Source: Ginglymostoma cirratum (lineage: Eukaryota). Taken from it: a stretch of 64,000 nt of DNA. The DNA lies in assembly GCA_024137785.1 (NCBI GenBank), contig JAHRHZ010000021.1, positions 24,388,895-24,452,894 on the forward strand, in the 5' to 3' direction. The translations under genes and the position numbers were made by a program. Of the stretch, positions 36,401-49,281 are shown in pieces. The notes beneath the pieces are model-generated. The model saw nothing but the letters and a program-made list of their open reading frames with translations, was not told the origin of the DNA and searched no databases. The stretch's first letter is position 1. Each line of letters starts with the position of its first letter.

Positions 36401-39400
36401 AAAATCATCTTTAACTAAAGGTAATGAATGTAATTTGCTACTTCATGGTTGTAAAAATTAAATTTGCACATCAGTCTGTTTCCAAGTTTTCTGTTTATAA
36501 ATAAAATATAAGTAAAAATTGAAGGGAAATATTCCCAATTCCAATCCAAGCACTGTAAGAGTAGATCACATGATTAACTGTCCAAGTCACTGTATATCAG
36601 AGTTTTTCGTGATCTGATTTGGCAGTTAGGTTTCTCCACATGACAATCTCTAGGTTTTAGCTGTGCTTCAGCAGAGGTGTTAAGCCTAAGTCAGGTACTC
36701 CCCATTGATTGGAGGAGACATCATCCACTTTCTACTTATTGATTGCAGATTAACTTGTGTCATAGTCATTGTGAACAGCCACCATCCCTCACCACCACCT
36801 GACAAAAGACGGGATGCAGTATGTGGTACTAGAAGGAAGAAAGGAAACCCTTTTTGCTGAATTCCTATTTTCTTTTTTATTTGGCAATTTATGTAACATC
36901 TTTAAATGTAGTCCTTTTTTTGTTAGTTTTAGTAACAATCAAGACATGGGCACTCATCTGTCCTTTGTATTAAAGAATGTTCTTGTATGGTTTCATTATT
37001 ACTGTTGAAAATGAGTTCACAGGATAAACATGTTTAATCAGTGTCTAATCTACCATCTTCTTTTGAGTAATCTGATTTAAATGACTGAAAATGACTTTTA
37101 AAAGCTATATAGAACACTTAACTAGTTTTATTAGTGACTCAAGTCGGTTTTGTGGCAAGTTAAACATATTTGTAAGCATTCAAAATAATTTCATAGCTTT
37201 CTATTAGTGCTTTTCAACTAAGAAATAAAAAAAAACAATTTTCATAGCCTCCTCAAGGGCTTGTAGATAGCTGCAGTTAGTGGAAATTTGCCATGGTGAT
37301 TAATATGATCCGAGGATGCAGGCAGCTTCCAGCCTATCAATGCAAAACACCATTGAAACTCCGTTAACTGAGCTTGACGTGCATTGTTCTTTTGAACTAG
37401 TTGCCAATTGTAGACAAAGGCACTGGAGAAACCGATCCAGTTTAATGTGAATTCTATCCTGCGTGCAGTTTATTGTATTTTAACGTTGTACTTTGAGATT
37501 TTATTTAAAATGTTTTTCCTACTGATTCTGGTCAATCTAGTGCATTTGGAGATAGGACAAGCTTTTTTTGTACCTTTATTATTTTGACACTTATATATTT
37601 GGGAATGAAAAGCACAGATTTTATCACTGGATTATGACAAAACTGACAGTGCCCATCTTTGTTACAAGTGTGAAACTGACTGCAATTTCTGGCATCTACG
37701 CATGTGTAGTTAGAAATTCAATTGCAGACTTAATTGGGACAGTTCCCCTGTTCCTCCCTAAGGTACCGCATTGAAGTTTCACAGATGGAGATCTTTAGAA
37801 TTGTTTGAATTGAAGAGAATTTTCACATGTAATGTTCTAATCTCAATGTAACGACTCTCAAAACTATTATACTTTGTTAAATGAGGTGTAACTGGATTTT
37901 AAGTAGAACCTACATTTTACTGAACATCTCTTCTAGCCCCGAAAGACACTTTTAGTTAACTTGTTGAAAGCCTGATTTTCCTCATTGTGACAGAAATTCC
38001 ACAGGTTATTGATCTTTTTTCAAGTTTATTTAATATTTCAACTTCTACCTCCATTCACATGTGCAAGCCTATATTTTCCTGTCTGTGTAAATGAAGAATA
38101 CTCAGTACACTTTCACTTCTAATTTGTTCTTTGAGTCCATGCTTTAAAAAGGCAAGACAGCAATTATGTTACTGACCTCCCTGCTGCTGCAGGATGGAGA
38201 TAATGTTAAATTAATGTTACTTTTCTGTAATTCATGGCATTAAAATGTTTAGATAATGTTGCTTTTAATTTATTGTGGTCAAAGTCTTAAAACTTAATTT
38301 TGTGTCGTCTTTCCAGTCAGCAACTAGAATTTCAATTTATACAAGTTATTGGTCTTTTTCCGAACTGTAATGCTAGATCTTTCTTGCTAATGTTTTTTGA
38401 GTACGTCAGTAGGTGCCATCAGTTAGTCATTGATTGAAAGATTTGGGGCCACAATTCTTCATTAAATTATTGTTAAAAGATGAAGGTTGTTGCATATTAA
38501 TAGAGATATACTTAGTGACGTTGTCGCACTGAAATGAAACAACTTTATAATCTTTTGTGATTAGATGGCAGTGACTCCTTCTGTTTGAAGCATGAACAAA
38601 TACTGATTGGCATTTGAAATAGCCTGGCAAATTGATTGTTTATTAGAATTGAATTATATCCATAAGTTTAAATTTACTGAAATGGATTTTATTTCCAAAC
38701 CTGTAACTTTAACTTTAAGAAGTGATATCTTGCATTTGCTTGCTGTAACCTAATGTTTGACATTACATGCATTCTACCAACGGAGCAATTCTTTTTTTAA
38801 ATATGTTTGACTTGCCAGCTTTACATATTTTATATACAAGTTTACACATAGCTTGGATTAAGTTACCTTTTGCATGGAGAACAGGTCATCGTATTGCAGA
38901 TGGAAGCGAGTGATTTGGCAGTTTGCATGACTAGGAGCTATCACTCAGTTTTATATTTGTATTTTGTTTTAGAGAATTTGTCTTAGAACTGCCAGTACAG
39001 CATTTTGGAATAGGCTCATTTGTCCACTTGCGTGTTGACCTTTTTGAAAAATGCCATTTTCTTCTCCTTACTCCCCTTGTGTAGTCAAACTGTCACATTT
39101 CCCTGGCTGAGAAGAGTATATCCAGGTTTCTGTTAGTGCTCGATTTAAAACTGTACTGACTTGTCCATTTAGCCTTGTCCGCTCTTCCAATCATTCACTC
39201 TGGCTCTCAGCCCTTTTGAAGAAGCACCTTGTCTCAGCTTAACATGAAGGCAAGTTTCCAATGCCTTCCACCCAGGTAACCTCTTAATATGGCAAGACAT
39301 AATCAAACAGCACAAACAATTGTGAAATTTTAAGTGCAAGCAGTTGTAACCATAGGCACTTTATATTGGCAACTCCACAAATTTATATACTGGTTCAAAA

Positions 39401-40134
39401 ATCACTGCACCTAAAGACACCCTGTGTACAAACTGGCAGGAGTCCTGGAGCATAATGTTCAGTTTCTGTTCCTTTAAGCCTTTGTGCTTCTATGAATCTG
39501 GTGTAAAACACCTGACCTGCAGTGACCAGCAGTCAATTGAAGCTATTGATCCAGGTCTGTTTTCTCTAATGTAGCAATTAGTTTCAATTCAAATCAATTG
39601 ATCTGTCCTTGATGCGTGCTTATTGTGACCAGCAAGCAGTGGAAACCACTCAGGTGTGTAATCCTTCAGGTTTTATTGGTCCAGTTCCAATCACAAATTG
39701 ATCACCTTAATTTACTCTGCTTGCTTGACTTGATTCTTGGCAGCTTATGAATTCAGGTCTTTACTGGTGGGTTTACTTTAAGACTTCAGCATATCCTCTC
39801 TTGCCAAAACTGGCGAATGACTGGTGCATTCTGAGCATATGTTTCTCATAGAACCTGAGCATTCAGAGGAGCAGAGTGAGCCATTTAGCTCTTGGAGCCT
39901 GCTCTCGTCCAAGGTAATGTTCAGTTTTGATTGTGGGTCTATTAGTTCAGAGTTATTGAAATTTATAGCTTGGAATGGGGCCTCTCAGCCCATCATACCT
40001 GTGCTGGCTCTTTGAAAGAGCAATAATTGTTAATTGCCTATTAATGGCATTTGGTGGGAACTAACTGGGGACACGTGTTCGTGTATGCCCATATATTCTC
40101 ATGTAATTACACTTTACATCAAAGCAGTATTTAA

Positions 40135-41240
40135 GTGAGTGTGGCATCAAGGAGCCCTAATAAAACTGGAATCAGTGGGAATTGAGATAAACTCTACTGG
40201 TTAGAGTTATACCTAGCACAAAGGGACATGGTTATGGCTATTAGAGGACGGTCATCTTGGTGTCATGACATCCCTGCAGGAGTTCCTCGGGTTAATGTTC
40301 CAGATCTGGCTGCTTTATCAATGACCTTGCCTTCATCCTAAGATTAGAAGTGGGGAATTTTACTGGTGATTGCACGATGTTCAGGGTAATTTCTGTTTCC
40401 TCAGATACTGACTCATTTTGTGTCCAAACACAGCAAGCTCTAGATGATCTTTAGGCTCGGTTGACAAATGGCAAGTAATGTTCACAATACACAACTGTCA
40501 GGTCATGTCCATCTCCACCGAGAGAAAACCTAAACATTGCCCCATGATGTTCAATGTTGTTACAATCCCTGAATGTCCCACTATCAACATTCTGGGGATT
40601 ACCATTGACTGAACTAGCCATAGAACTCCTGTGGCCATGAGCAGATCTAAAGCTAGGAATAATGCAGCGGGTAACTCGCCTCCTGACTTCACAAAGCCTG
40701 TCCACCATCTACAAGGCACACATCGGGAGTGTGATGGAGTACTTCCTCTTGTCTGGTTGAGTACAGCTTCAACAACTCTCAAGAAGCTTGACACCATCCA
40801 GGACAAACAACACACTTGATAGTTTATGGATGTGGGGCCCATTACTCCCTTCACCACCAATACAGAGTAACAGCTATGTGAAAGATCAGTGGGAGGCACA
40901 GCAGAAATTCTCTAAGGCTCCTTTGACAGCATCTTTGAAACCCACAACTACTATCATCATTAAGGACAAGGGTGGCAGATGCATGGAAACACCACCACCT
41001 GCAAATTTTCATCCAAGCCACTCACCATCGTGACTTGGAAATATATTGCTGTTCCTCCAGTGTTGCTGGGTCAAAATCCTGGAACTCCCACCCCAACAAC
41101 TTTGTGTGGCTGTCCACATGAAATGGCAGCAGTGGTTTAAGAAGGCAGCTCAGCACTACCTTCTCAGCGACAACTAGGGATGGGCAATAACTGCTGGCTC
41201 AGCCAGTGGTGCCCCCATATCTTATGAATGAATAAGGAAA
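40135..41240 (+). mobile_element. CR1-clade LINE 3' ~1.1 kb (probable partner of the CR1-tailed SINE)
   Basis: RT remnants (gcaggagttcct = AGVP; decayed FADD), TTLKKLDTIQDK, and 3' tail gggatgggcaataactgctggc...atgaatgaataa. Confidence 0.85.
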
Positions 41241-41699
41241 CGTATGGGGTTATAGAGAATGGAAAGGCCCTGGTAAGTTGATACATCAGATGATAGCCAG
41301 TACTTATGAAACATGATAGCCAAACCATTGAGCTTCATTATAATTTGGAGTTATTTTCTAAAAATCAGATTCTGAACAGTTGATAGAAGTAAATGCAGGA
41401 TCTTATACTTCAAACATTTGTGTTTTATATCCTAAGGAGCAAACTTTGATTGGTCAAATGCTGGATAACATTGTGACTGATCATGGCACAAATGACTAAA
41501 CTATCACATCCATAGGTCAGGTGCCTAGAATGGGTAGTCTAAGGCATGTTTATTCCAGAATGGGTCTAATAATTGGAGGGATGTGACACATTTGGAACAT
41601 GCATGGAAGGTTACCTGCTAAGATTTTGAATATTAAGGATGATGGCCAAGAAGCATGGTACATGGAGTGGTTGAATAAGGTGAATGAATCGAAAGTGAG

Positions 41700-41802
41700 A
41701 ATATTTTTCTCAACAACCTGTTCGGAGATGTTATTACGCACCTCTGCGGCGGGCTGGACTTGAAACAAGAGGGAAGGATATACCACTGGGCCACAAGAGC
41801 CC
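41700..41802 (-). mobile_element. ~105 bp tRNA-derived element
   Basis: Reverse complement starts gggctcttgtggcccagtggtatatcc; matches 27196-27312. Confidence 0.65.
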
Positions 41803-42487
41803 TAGTGGGAAGAAAGAAAGGGCAAAAAACATTTCGAATCCAGAATTGACTTGTGTCAGAACTCGCAGTGGTGCAAGAGGGCAAGCTTCCTGAAATAAGG
41901 GGCCTTGACAGATACAAAAATGCAAGTCGAGGCCTTAGTTTGAAAAAAATTAGACAAGGAATAAAGGACTCTGGGCACTAAACTAGAAACAGATGTCCTT
42001 GTGATTGTAAATGTTTTATGGTTGTCAATAAATTTTAAGAATTAAACCGATGTATGGTTTCAGAAAGGGTGTTGTAGTTGGAGAGAGTTCATGTTCGTGC
42101 TTGAGTACACGAAAACAGAGCCTTGTCTCTCAGACTTTTCTAGAAAATGTTTCTACTGATTTCAAAAACTGTCAATTCAAAGTGTATATTAGTGGATGTG
42201 ACTGAAGAAAAAATTTGCAGTTGTTGTACACAATGACTTTCCAACCAATATTCTGTTTAATTGGATGTATGGAATATTAGTTCAATGACCGAATGTTGTG
42301 TTGTGGGATTATTCCCACAGCTTTTAACCAGTAATTTTTTTTGTTCCAATGAGTTTAGTAATTTTTCAGATTTTGACTGTTATCATTTAAAGATTAATTT
42401 AGCCGAGGGGTTATTCACTTGCTTGTTTTTGTTTTGTAAAAATGGCTCATGGCTTGGCGAGAAATTTCAAATTAAGGGAAATGACAA

Positions 42488-43724
42488 GTTGTAGATGTTG
42501 GTGTGTATCCCGAGCTGGGAAGTTTGATAGCAGATGTTTCGTCACCTTACTAGGTGACATCCTCAGTGCTGTGGAGCCTCCTGTGAAGCGCTATTGTCCT
42601 GTGTTGGTTCGAATTTATATTGTCTGGTTTTTGCTGTTTCCAGTAGGTGCCGGTTCTGGCTGCCCGTTGTAATGGTCGGTATATCGGGTTTAATTTCATG
42701 TGTTTGTTGATTGGAGTCTGAGGACGAATGCCAAGCCTCCAAGAATTCCCTGGCTGTCCTCTGTTTGACTTGTCTTATGGTAGTAGTGTTGTCCCAGTTG
42801 AAATTGTAGTTTTTCTCATCTGTGTGTATTGAAACCAAAGACATCGGGTCATGTTATTTAGTTGCCAGCTCATGTTCGTGGATGTGGGTTGCTAGTTGTC
42901 TTCATGTTTGTCCCACGTAGTGATTTGTGCAGTCTCCGTGTGGTATCTTGTAAACCATCCTGTCCATGGTATCTATTGGGACTTTAACCCTGGTCATTTG
43001 CCGTCCTAGTGTGGCTGCTGGATTGTGTGCTGTCATGATTCCTAGTGGCCTGAGTCGTCTGGCTGTCAGTTCTGAAGTGTTTTTTATATGTGGTTATGGT
43101 TATTGTTTCGGCTTTTGGTGTGTCCTGGTTGTGTTGTCTGTTGGCTAGGCAGCTGTGGGGGTATCCATTCCTGGTATTGACCTTGGAGAGGTGTTCTTCT
43201 TCCTCCTGCAGATTGCGTGGGTAGCAGCCCTTTTGAACAGGGTCCTAACACTGCTCCTCTTGTGTGATTTGGGGTGGTTGCAGTGATAGTTTAAGACCTG
43301 GTCAGTAAGTATGGAGTTCCTGTATACTTTTGCAGTGAGGTCACGTCCAGGAATGGGAGTTTGTTGTTTTCCTCTTCTCTTGTAAATGTGATCCCGTGAG
43401 TATGATGTTGATGAATCAGTGGGTGTTCTCACTTTCTGTTCTTTTAATAATTTCAAAAGTGTCACCCATGTATCTGATCCAGAGCTTGGGTTGGATCTGT
43501 GGGAGGGCTGTTTGTTCCAGTCTTTGCATGACTGCCTCAACTATCAGTCCGGAGATGGGTGAGCCCATGGGGAGTCCTATTGATCTGGTCGTATATCTTG
43601 CCATTGAGCGTAAAGTGTGTTGTTAAGCATAAGTCCAGTAGTTTGAATATGCAATGATTGTTGATCTGTTCCTCATTCTATCATCTGTTGCGTTCGTCTA
43701 ATAGGTTTGATATGGTTTCTTTGG
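42488..43724 (-). mobile_element. Penelope-like element (Penelope/Poseidon type), 5'-truncated: RT C-terminus, GIY-YIG endonuclease and pLTR
   Basis: GLPMGSPISGLIVEAVMQRLE, WIRYMGDTF, HPKSHKRSSVRTLFKRA, VYKIPHGDCTNHYVGQT, AREFLEAWHS; frameshifts and stops present. Confidence 0.92.
42529..42570 (-). ncRNA. Minimal type I hammerhead motif in the Penelope pLTR
   Basis: AGCA-CTGAGGA-T-GTCACCT agta AGGTGAC-GAAAC-ATC-TGCT: perfect 7-bp stem II, 4-bp stem I; ACAT is probably CpG-decayed ACGT. Confidence 0.75.
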
Positions 43725-44229
43725 AAGGACAAATGAACAAAAATCCAACATCATGAGCTCCTATGTAATATGTAATTGGTTAATGTTGTAACCTGTTGAA
43801 ACCTACCATGTTTAAAGCATGCTTCCATTGTAGGCCAGTTATTTTGAGAATATTCAAGACTCCACAGATTTGTATGTCCCACTCTTAAAGAGCCTTCTGA
43901 ACTTTTTAATAATTGTAAGTGATGTTTAAAAGAGTCTTGATGAAAACTCAGACTTACAAAGTTATCTATTTCCCTCTCTCAATAAATATTGCCTGAAAGG
44001 TTGAGTCTTTTCAACATTTATTTGCAATTTTTTGTTTTTATATAATAGTGCTACATAAAGTAGGAATATGTTACATTAGAAAACTTTCAGTTGTACTTTT
44101 TAGATATTTGAAAATAATTTTTAAAACTCCATTTACTACAGAAATGAGAAATAGAGACATTTTAGACATGAGAGAGGTACCAGGGGAATGACCTCATTGG
44201 GCACATGGCCACCACCTTATGCAGTTACG

Positions 44230-44368
44230 TGGAGATGCCGGTGTTGGACTGGGGTGGACAAAGTCAGAAGTCACACGACACCGGGTTATAGTCCAACAGA
44301 TTTTTGAAATCACAAGCTTTCAAAGACTTCACCTGATGAACTCTATATAACCTGGCATCGTGTGTCTT
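44230..44368. mobile_element. Short fold-back repeat with split hammerhead halves
   Basis: Arms aagtcacacgacaccgggttata / tataacctggcatcgtgtgtctt; centre has cacaagctttc and cacctgatgaa. Confidence 0.7.
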
Positions 44369-44582
44369 ATGCAATTTGTCAGACTTCAGCAATAACATTT
44401 GCACAAATCTTTTCTCAAATGATCTAAACAAGAATATAATTCTGTGAATTGATGCCAAGTGATATTAGTTGAATTCAAAGTTCAAATGCTGTGAGTCAGT
44501 CTTGCACTTGCCAGCAGTAACTGTGAATGTTGACATGTTCTGCCAGTTGCTATTCCTTCTGCATGGCAAGATAATTACAGTG

Positions 44583-44670
44583 TAAAAACAGAAATGCTGA
44601 CAATTCTCAGCAGGTCAGGCAGCATCTGTGGAGAGAGAAAGCAATTTAACTTTTCAGGTTTGCAACCTTT
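44583..44670 (-). mobile_element. Older pLTR-derived short repeat (related copies near 5800-5900, 10347-10445, 34505-34575, 43935-44040, 58657-58775)
   Basis: aaaacagaaatgctg...ctcagcaggtcaggcagcatctgtggagagagaaa shared block. Confidence 0.65.
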
Positions 44671-46289
44671 TTTATTGTGGCAGTGTGATGAAAAGACAGG
44701 ACTTCTGTTTTTAGCTATGCATAACATGTTAATTCAAATGATCTTCATTAAGATTTTGTAGATGACTAATTCCTTATGCGGTAGGATACATCCTAGATCC
44801 ATTTTGGAAGTGGTATGCTTTGCATCTAATCCTGTGATGTGGCTCTCTATCCCTTGGGCAGTGCACATGTTTATGTAAACCCCCAGATGTAGGATACAAT
44901 TTAGTTGGAATTAAAAAGCTTCTACTAAAGCTTTAGAGATTCAACAAATTTATAAAATTTAATAAGGGAACATTTCAGTAGTTTTCTGGGATAGCTTTCT
45001 GACACAAGGGTACTGTCCTGTTTAATTTTTTTCCCAAGCAGCTCAAATCCATTGACCTCTGATTTGTATTTCTTAACCATTTAACACAACCCTGAAAAGA
45101 GGGCGGAGCATGTACAGCCTTGTCTGTTTTTGGGGTCTTGCGTCCTTACCTTTTTTCAAATCATAGAATCTGTAGTGTGGTAGGTGATACACATTTTGTT
45201 TTTAATATAAAGAATAATTAACTAAGCTCTAACTGTCATTAAGTAAATATGATGATGCCTTTTCTTTCTTTCAAATACTGGTTTATCTTGGGAAGTGCAT
45301 AAGGACAACTGTAGACTCGTAGGTTGACATTCATGCTGATAAGTAACATGTTTATTTTAAGTAATGAATGATGAAATTATAGCTGAAGATAAGCAATGTG
45401 AAGACAAATTAAATGTTACTGCATAATAGCATTAGCCTTGGAGCAGATGGAGATTTGATTTGCTGTAACTATCAGCACAGTGTTTAGAAGAAAAGTGCAA
45501 GTAAGATCTCTTTGAATGTATAGCATGGTGAACACTCATGGTTGTGATCAAGTAATGGCAGGTTTGCAGTGTATTGTTTAGGCACATTCTGGAGTACCAA
45601 GTATAGTCCCTGTCTTTGGCATCATTAGGGATAGCAAGGTTTTTAGGAGGATACAGCAAAAGCAGACTAAAATAGTTTCTAGGTTTAGATACTTGAGCTA
45701 TGAGGAGGGGTTTCTGGAAATTGGAAATGTTATGCCTAAGAGGTTCAGTGATTGCCTCTCAATTTCTTGAAAAATGAATGAGGATTTTTCACAAATAAAT
45801 TCACTACCATTCTATTGTTTTATCCAGTTTTAACCATCATCAACCTCTTACTAAATTGATACAATGAAATAACAACTGGATTGCTGTTATACTGTTTTAA
45901 GTAGTTACTTTTAGTTGTTCACAACTGAAGTGTATGTTTATGTCATTTGCTTCATTACAATGTACATTTTGGATAGCAGTACAACAAATTTGAAATTTTT
46001 TAAAAGTAAGGTCTTTTTGTTATGATTCTGTCATCAAAGCATGGACCATATCTGGCTTCAGTGTTTAACTGAAAAAGTTAAAAGCACAATGAAACTTCAA
46101 TATTGGCATCTGGTGCAGCCATTTTCATGTCTTAACATATTGATTGTCGAAAGAATTTGAACCTGGACATCTGATGAAGGAAAAATGTTTTCTGAATGGG
46201 CCAGTAAGTGATTTTCACACCTAGGCAAAAATACGTTCCAAAAGTATTTGGGCCATTTGTAACAACTCACTAAGAATCCTTTTGACAGC

Positions 46290-46565
46290 ATGATTTCTAC
46301 CATCTAGAAGGATAAGAGCAGCAGGCGATTACGATCACCACCACCTCCAAACTTCCTTCTATTCCATGCAACATGCTGATTTGGAACAATGTCGCCATTC
46401 CTTCATTGTTGCTGGCTAAAGCTCCTGCCAGAACAGAACCATGGACATACCACATCACATCAACTGTAGCAATTCAAGAAGGTGCAGCACCACCACCTTA
46501 GGGGAAAATAATGGAAGATAGCAAATGTTGGCCTTGCCAATGGCATCCATATTCCAGGATTGAAT
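46290..46565 (+). mobile_element. 3' end of the same LINE family as 40135-41240
   Basis: ttctaccatctagaaggataagagcagc...caccaccacct...ttcaagaagg...caccacctt. Confidence 0.7.
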
Positions 46566-48390
46566 TGTTGTGTAAATTGATGAGTGATTTTACTGCTTCA
46601 GTAATTGTTTTATGCGTGGAAATTAACAAAAAGACAAATTAAACTGTGAAACATCCCCCCTATCCACGCTAAAATTTTGAGATTGTTCTCAGATTTTGTT
46701 TCTTTTCAAATCATGTTCTGGCTAGTTATTGTTGCCAATTTCTAACCCAGTATTAAGAGTTGAAATGCAGTTTACTTTTGTGATGCACAACCTCTTCCTA
46801 TGTATTAAGAAGTAAGAATTGCAGTGTTACATCCAATGCCGTTCATCTGTTCCAGATTATCATGAAAGACTGGGCAGGCAATCAAAGGAAGAAGGAGCTA
46901 CGATATGTCAGTTATGTCCTTCAGGAAGCATGCCACATAGTGAGTGGATTTGAGATTGCATGAGGGAGACAAGGACAGGGTTGCTCTGGGTATCAGCTGC
47001 AGGACAGTCCCCAAAATCTCCACATTATTATGATGCTGATGCACAGTTCCCTAGCAAACATTGCTAAGCTTTTGAGTATGTCCAGCAAGTACAGGTCAGA
47101 CTTCAGTGTCTTCCTATAAACCACATACCTGAGATGCGTTTGCAGTATCTTTGTTTTTGAGAAGCTTCTAGTTTTGTGGGGGCGTCTGTGCAGACTTATG
47201 GTTGCCTTTTACATTATGCTAATATCATTAGCACCTGGCTGCTATGTTTGCACTGTGTCTGGTGTGTGGGTTTTGTGATTTCAGCGTTTCACTTAGCCAA
47301 TGTACCCAGCATCCCTCGCTGTTTGGCCAAGTTAGCAATCTGTGTTTTAGCAACCGGGAGGCTGCTGCACCATACACTTCATACTCAGCAACTGGAGCAA
47401 TAGGTGCAGTGTAGTTTGAATGTATTTTCCGATGCATGCAACAATGTTGTCATGAACTTACATTAGAATGAGCAGGATGAAAACTATCAGACTGCTCCAA
47501 GAAAGTCTTTCTTGACCTCAAGATTTCAGTCCATGACCAGAACCTGTCATCATTAAGCAAGTTTACTTATCCCCAGAGTGGCCTCTCTCAAGCCCTCTAT
47601 ACTGATGACCAGCCACATGCAAGAACCGCAAGAGCAAATGTGCACATGACTTGCCAGAATGATCTATATGATGAAAATGTTGATTTTAATAGATTTTTGG
47701 GTAATTTTGTCTTGCGTTCCCATGAAATAAAGAGATTAGGATGTGGTCTAATCCAGGTATTTAAGTGAATAAGTGACGTAACAGGATGGGTGAAAGCAAT
47801 TCGTGCAATTAACAAGAGAATCCAGAACTAAAGAGCAGTATCGATTTACAGCCAAGATAGTCAAGTGTATCCAAGCACACCTTATTTATTTATGTTAGTG
47901 ATTGTGTAAATGTGAAACTCATTGGTCCAAATTTCATTGCAGTAATGATGGCAAAATTATCATGTTTACCCCCTTAATTTCACTGAAATGGAGAGAAAAT
48001 TCTAGAGTCAACATATACAGAATAACATGGAAATCCTTAAGTTGCTGTCGGTGATTTCATGCTTTTTTGTAAGGTGCACTTCAATCATAGAAAATCCATT
48101 TAATTGATGAGAATTATTTCCTCCTATGTTGTTAGTCTCACTGTAAAAATCCTTGAAAAATTGCAACTTTATTGAAGGAGATGTAATGGGGTTGTTGAGA
48201 GTGTACTAACTTCATAAATACTGCCAAATTATTTCATTGACTCAGAGTTAATTCTGTATTTTGGAATTTCGCTGATAGAAAATTCCATTTTTGTTTTGGA
48301 AAGTTATAATTTCTATCTTAATCCAGTTGGTCATTATTAATTTTCTCATTAAATGTCTTCAGTATTCCGGTTTGTATGTGTGACTATATC

Positions 48391-49281
48391 AGAGATGTAG
48401 AAACTAGGAGCGGCGGTAGGCCATTCAGTCCTCCAAGCGTATGGCACCATTGAATATGAACATGACTGATCCTCAATTTCAATCCTATATTCCTGTTTTC
48501 TGTCCAGACTCCTTAATTCCTGTAATATTGGGAAAAATAATCAATCCTTCTTTTGAACATACTTGGCCTCCCCAGCTTTCTTTGGTAATACATTCCATAG
48601 GTTTACCACCCTCTGAGTGAAGGAATTTTTTTTATCTCCATCCTGTATGGCATACCTTGTATCCCTAGGCTGTGACTCTTGATTCCAGACTGCCAACCAG
48701 GTGAACTAAATCTGTTCTGCCCTTTTTAGAATGTTATACATTTCAATCAGATCTCCTCTCATTCTTCTAAACTATAGGGAATGCAGCCCAGTTGAACTGA
48801 TCTCCCTTCATACGATAGTCTTGCCATCCCTGCTGTCGGCCGAGGGAACCTTTGCTGCATTCCCTCTACGGTAGGTGTATCCTCTCCTTGTAGTGGGACC
48901 AAAACTGCACAAAGTACTTGAGCTGAGGTCTCATCTGTAAGCTTCTGCATAACTGCAGTAAGACTTCCAAACTTCTGAACTCTCATTCTCCTTCAATTTA
49001 GGCCACATGTGCCTTCCTAATTGCTTGCATCAGCCTGTCTACTTCTCTTGACTGGTGTACAAGGACATCCTTGTATGTTCATATTTCCCAATATATCACC
49101 ATTTAAGTAATGCTCTGCTTTTCTAGATTTCAAACCAAAGTGCATGACTTCACATTTATCCACTTTATTCTTCATCTGCCAGGTATGTGCCCGCACACTC
49201 AACTTGTCTAGATTACTCTGGGGGTTCCTTGCATCCTCCTCACAACCGCACCTAGTTTTGTGTAATTGGTAATCTTGGAAA
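48391..49281 (-). mobile_element. CR1 LINE 3' fragment
   Basis: WQMKNKVDKCEVMHFG, MQQRFPR...MARLSYE in minus-strand ORFs. Confidence 0.85.

Noticed and set aside
46850-47620. GC-richer blocks (also 5560-5795, 28590-29080, 53030-53520, 61000-61620) as genes or named transposons
   Set aside because: No coherent ORF, splice structure or verifiable termini; probably decayed DNA-transposon-like repeats, but I cannot assign them by eye.
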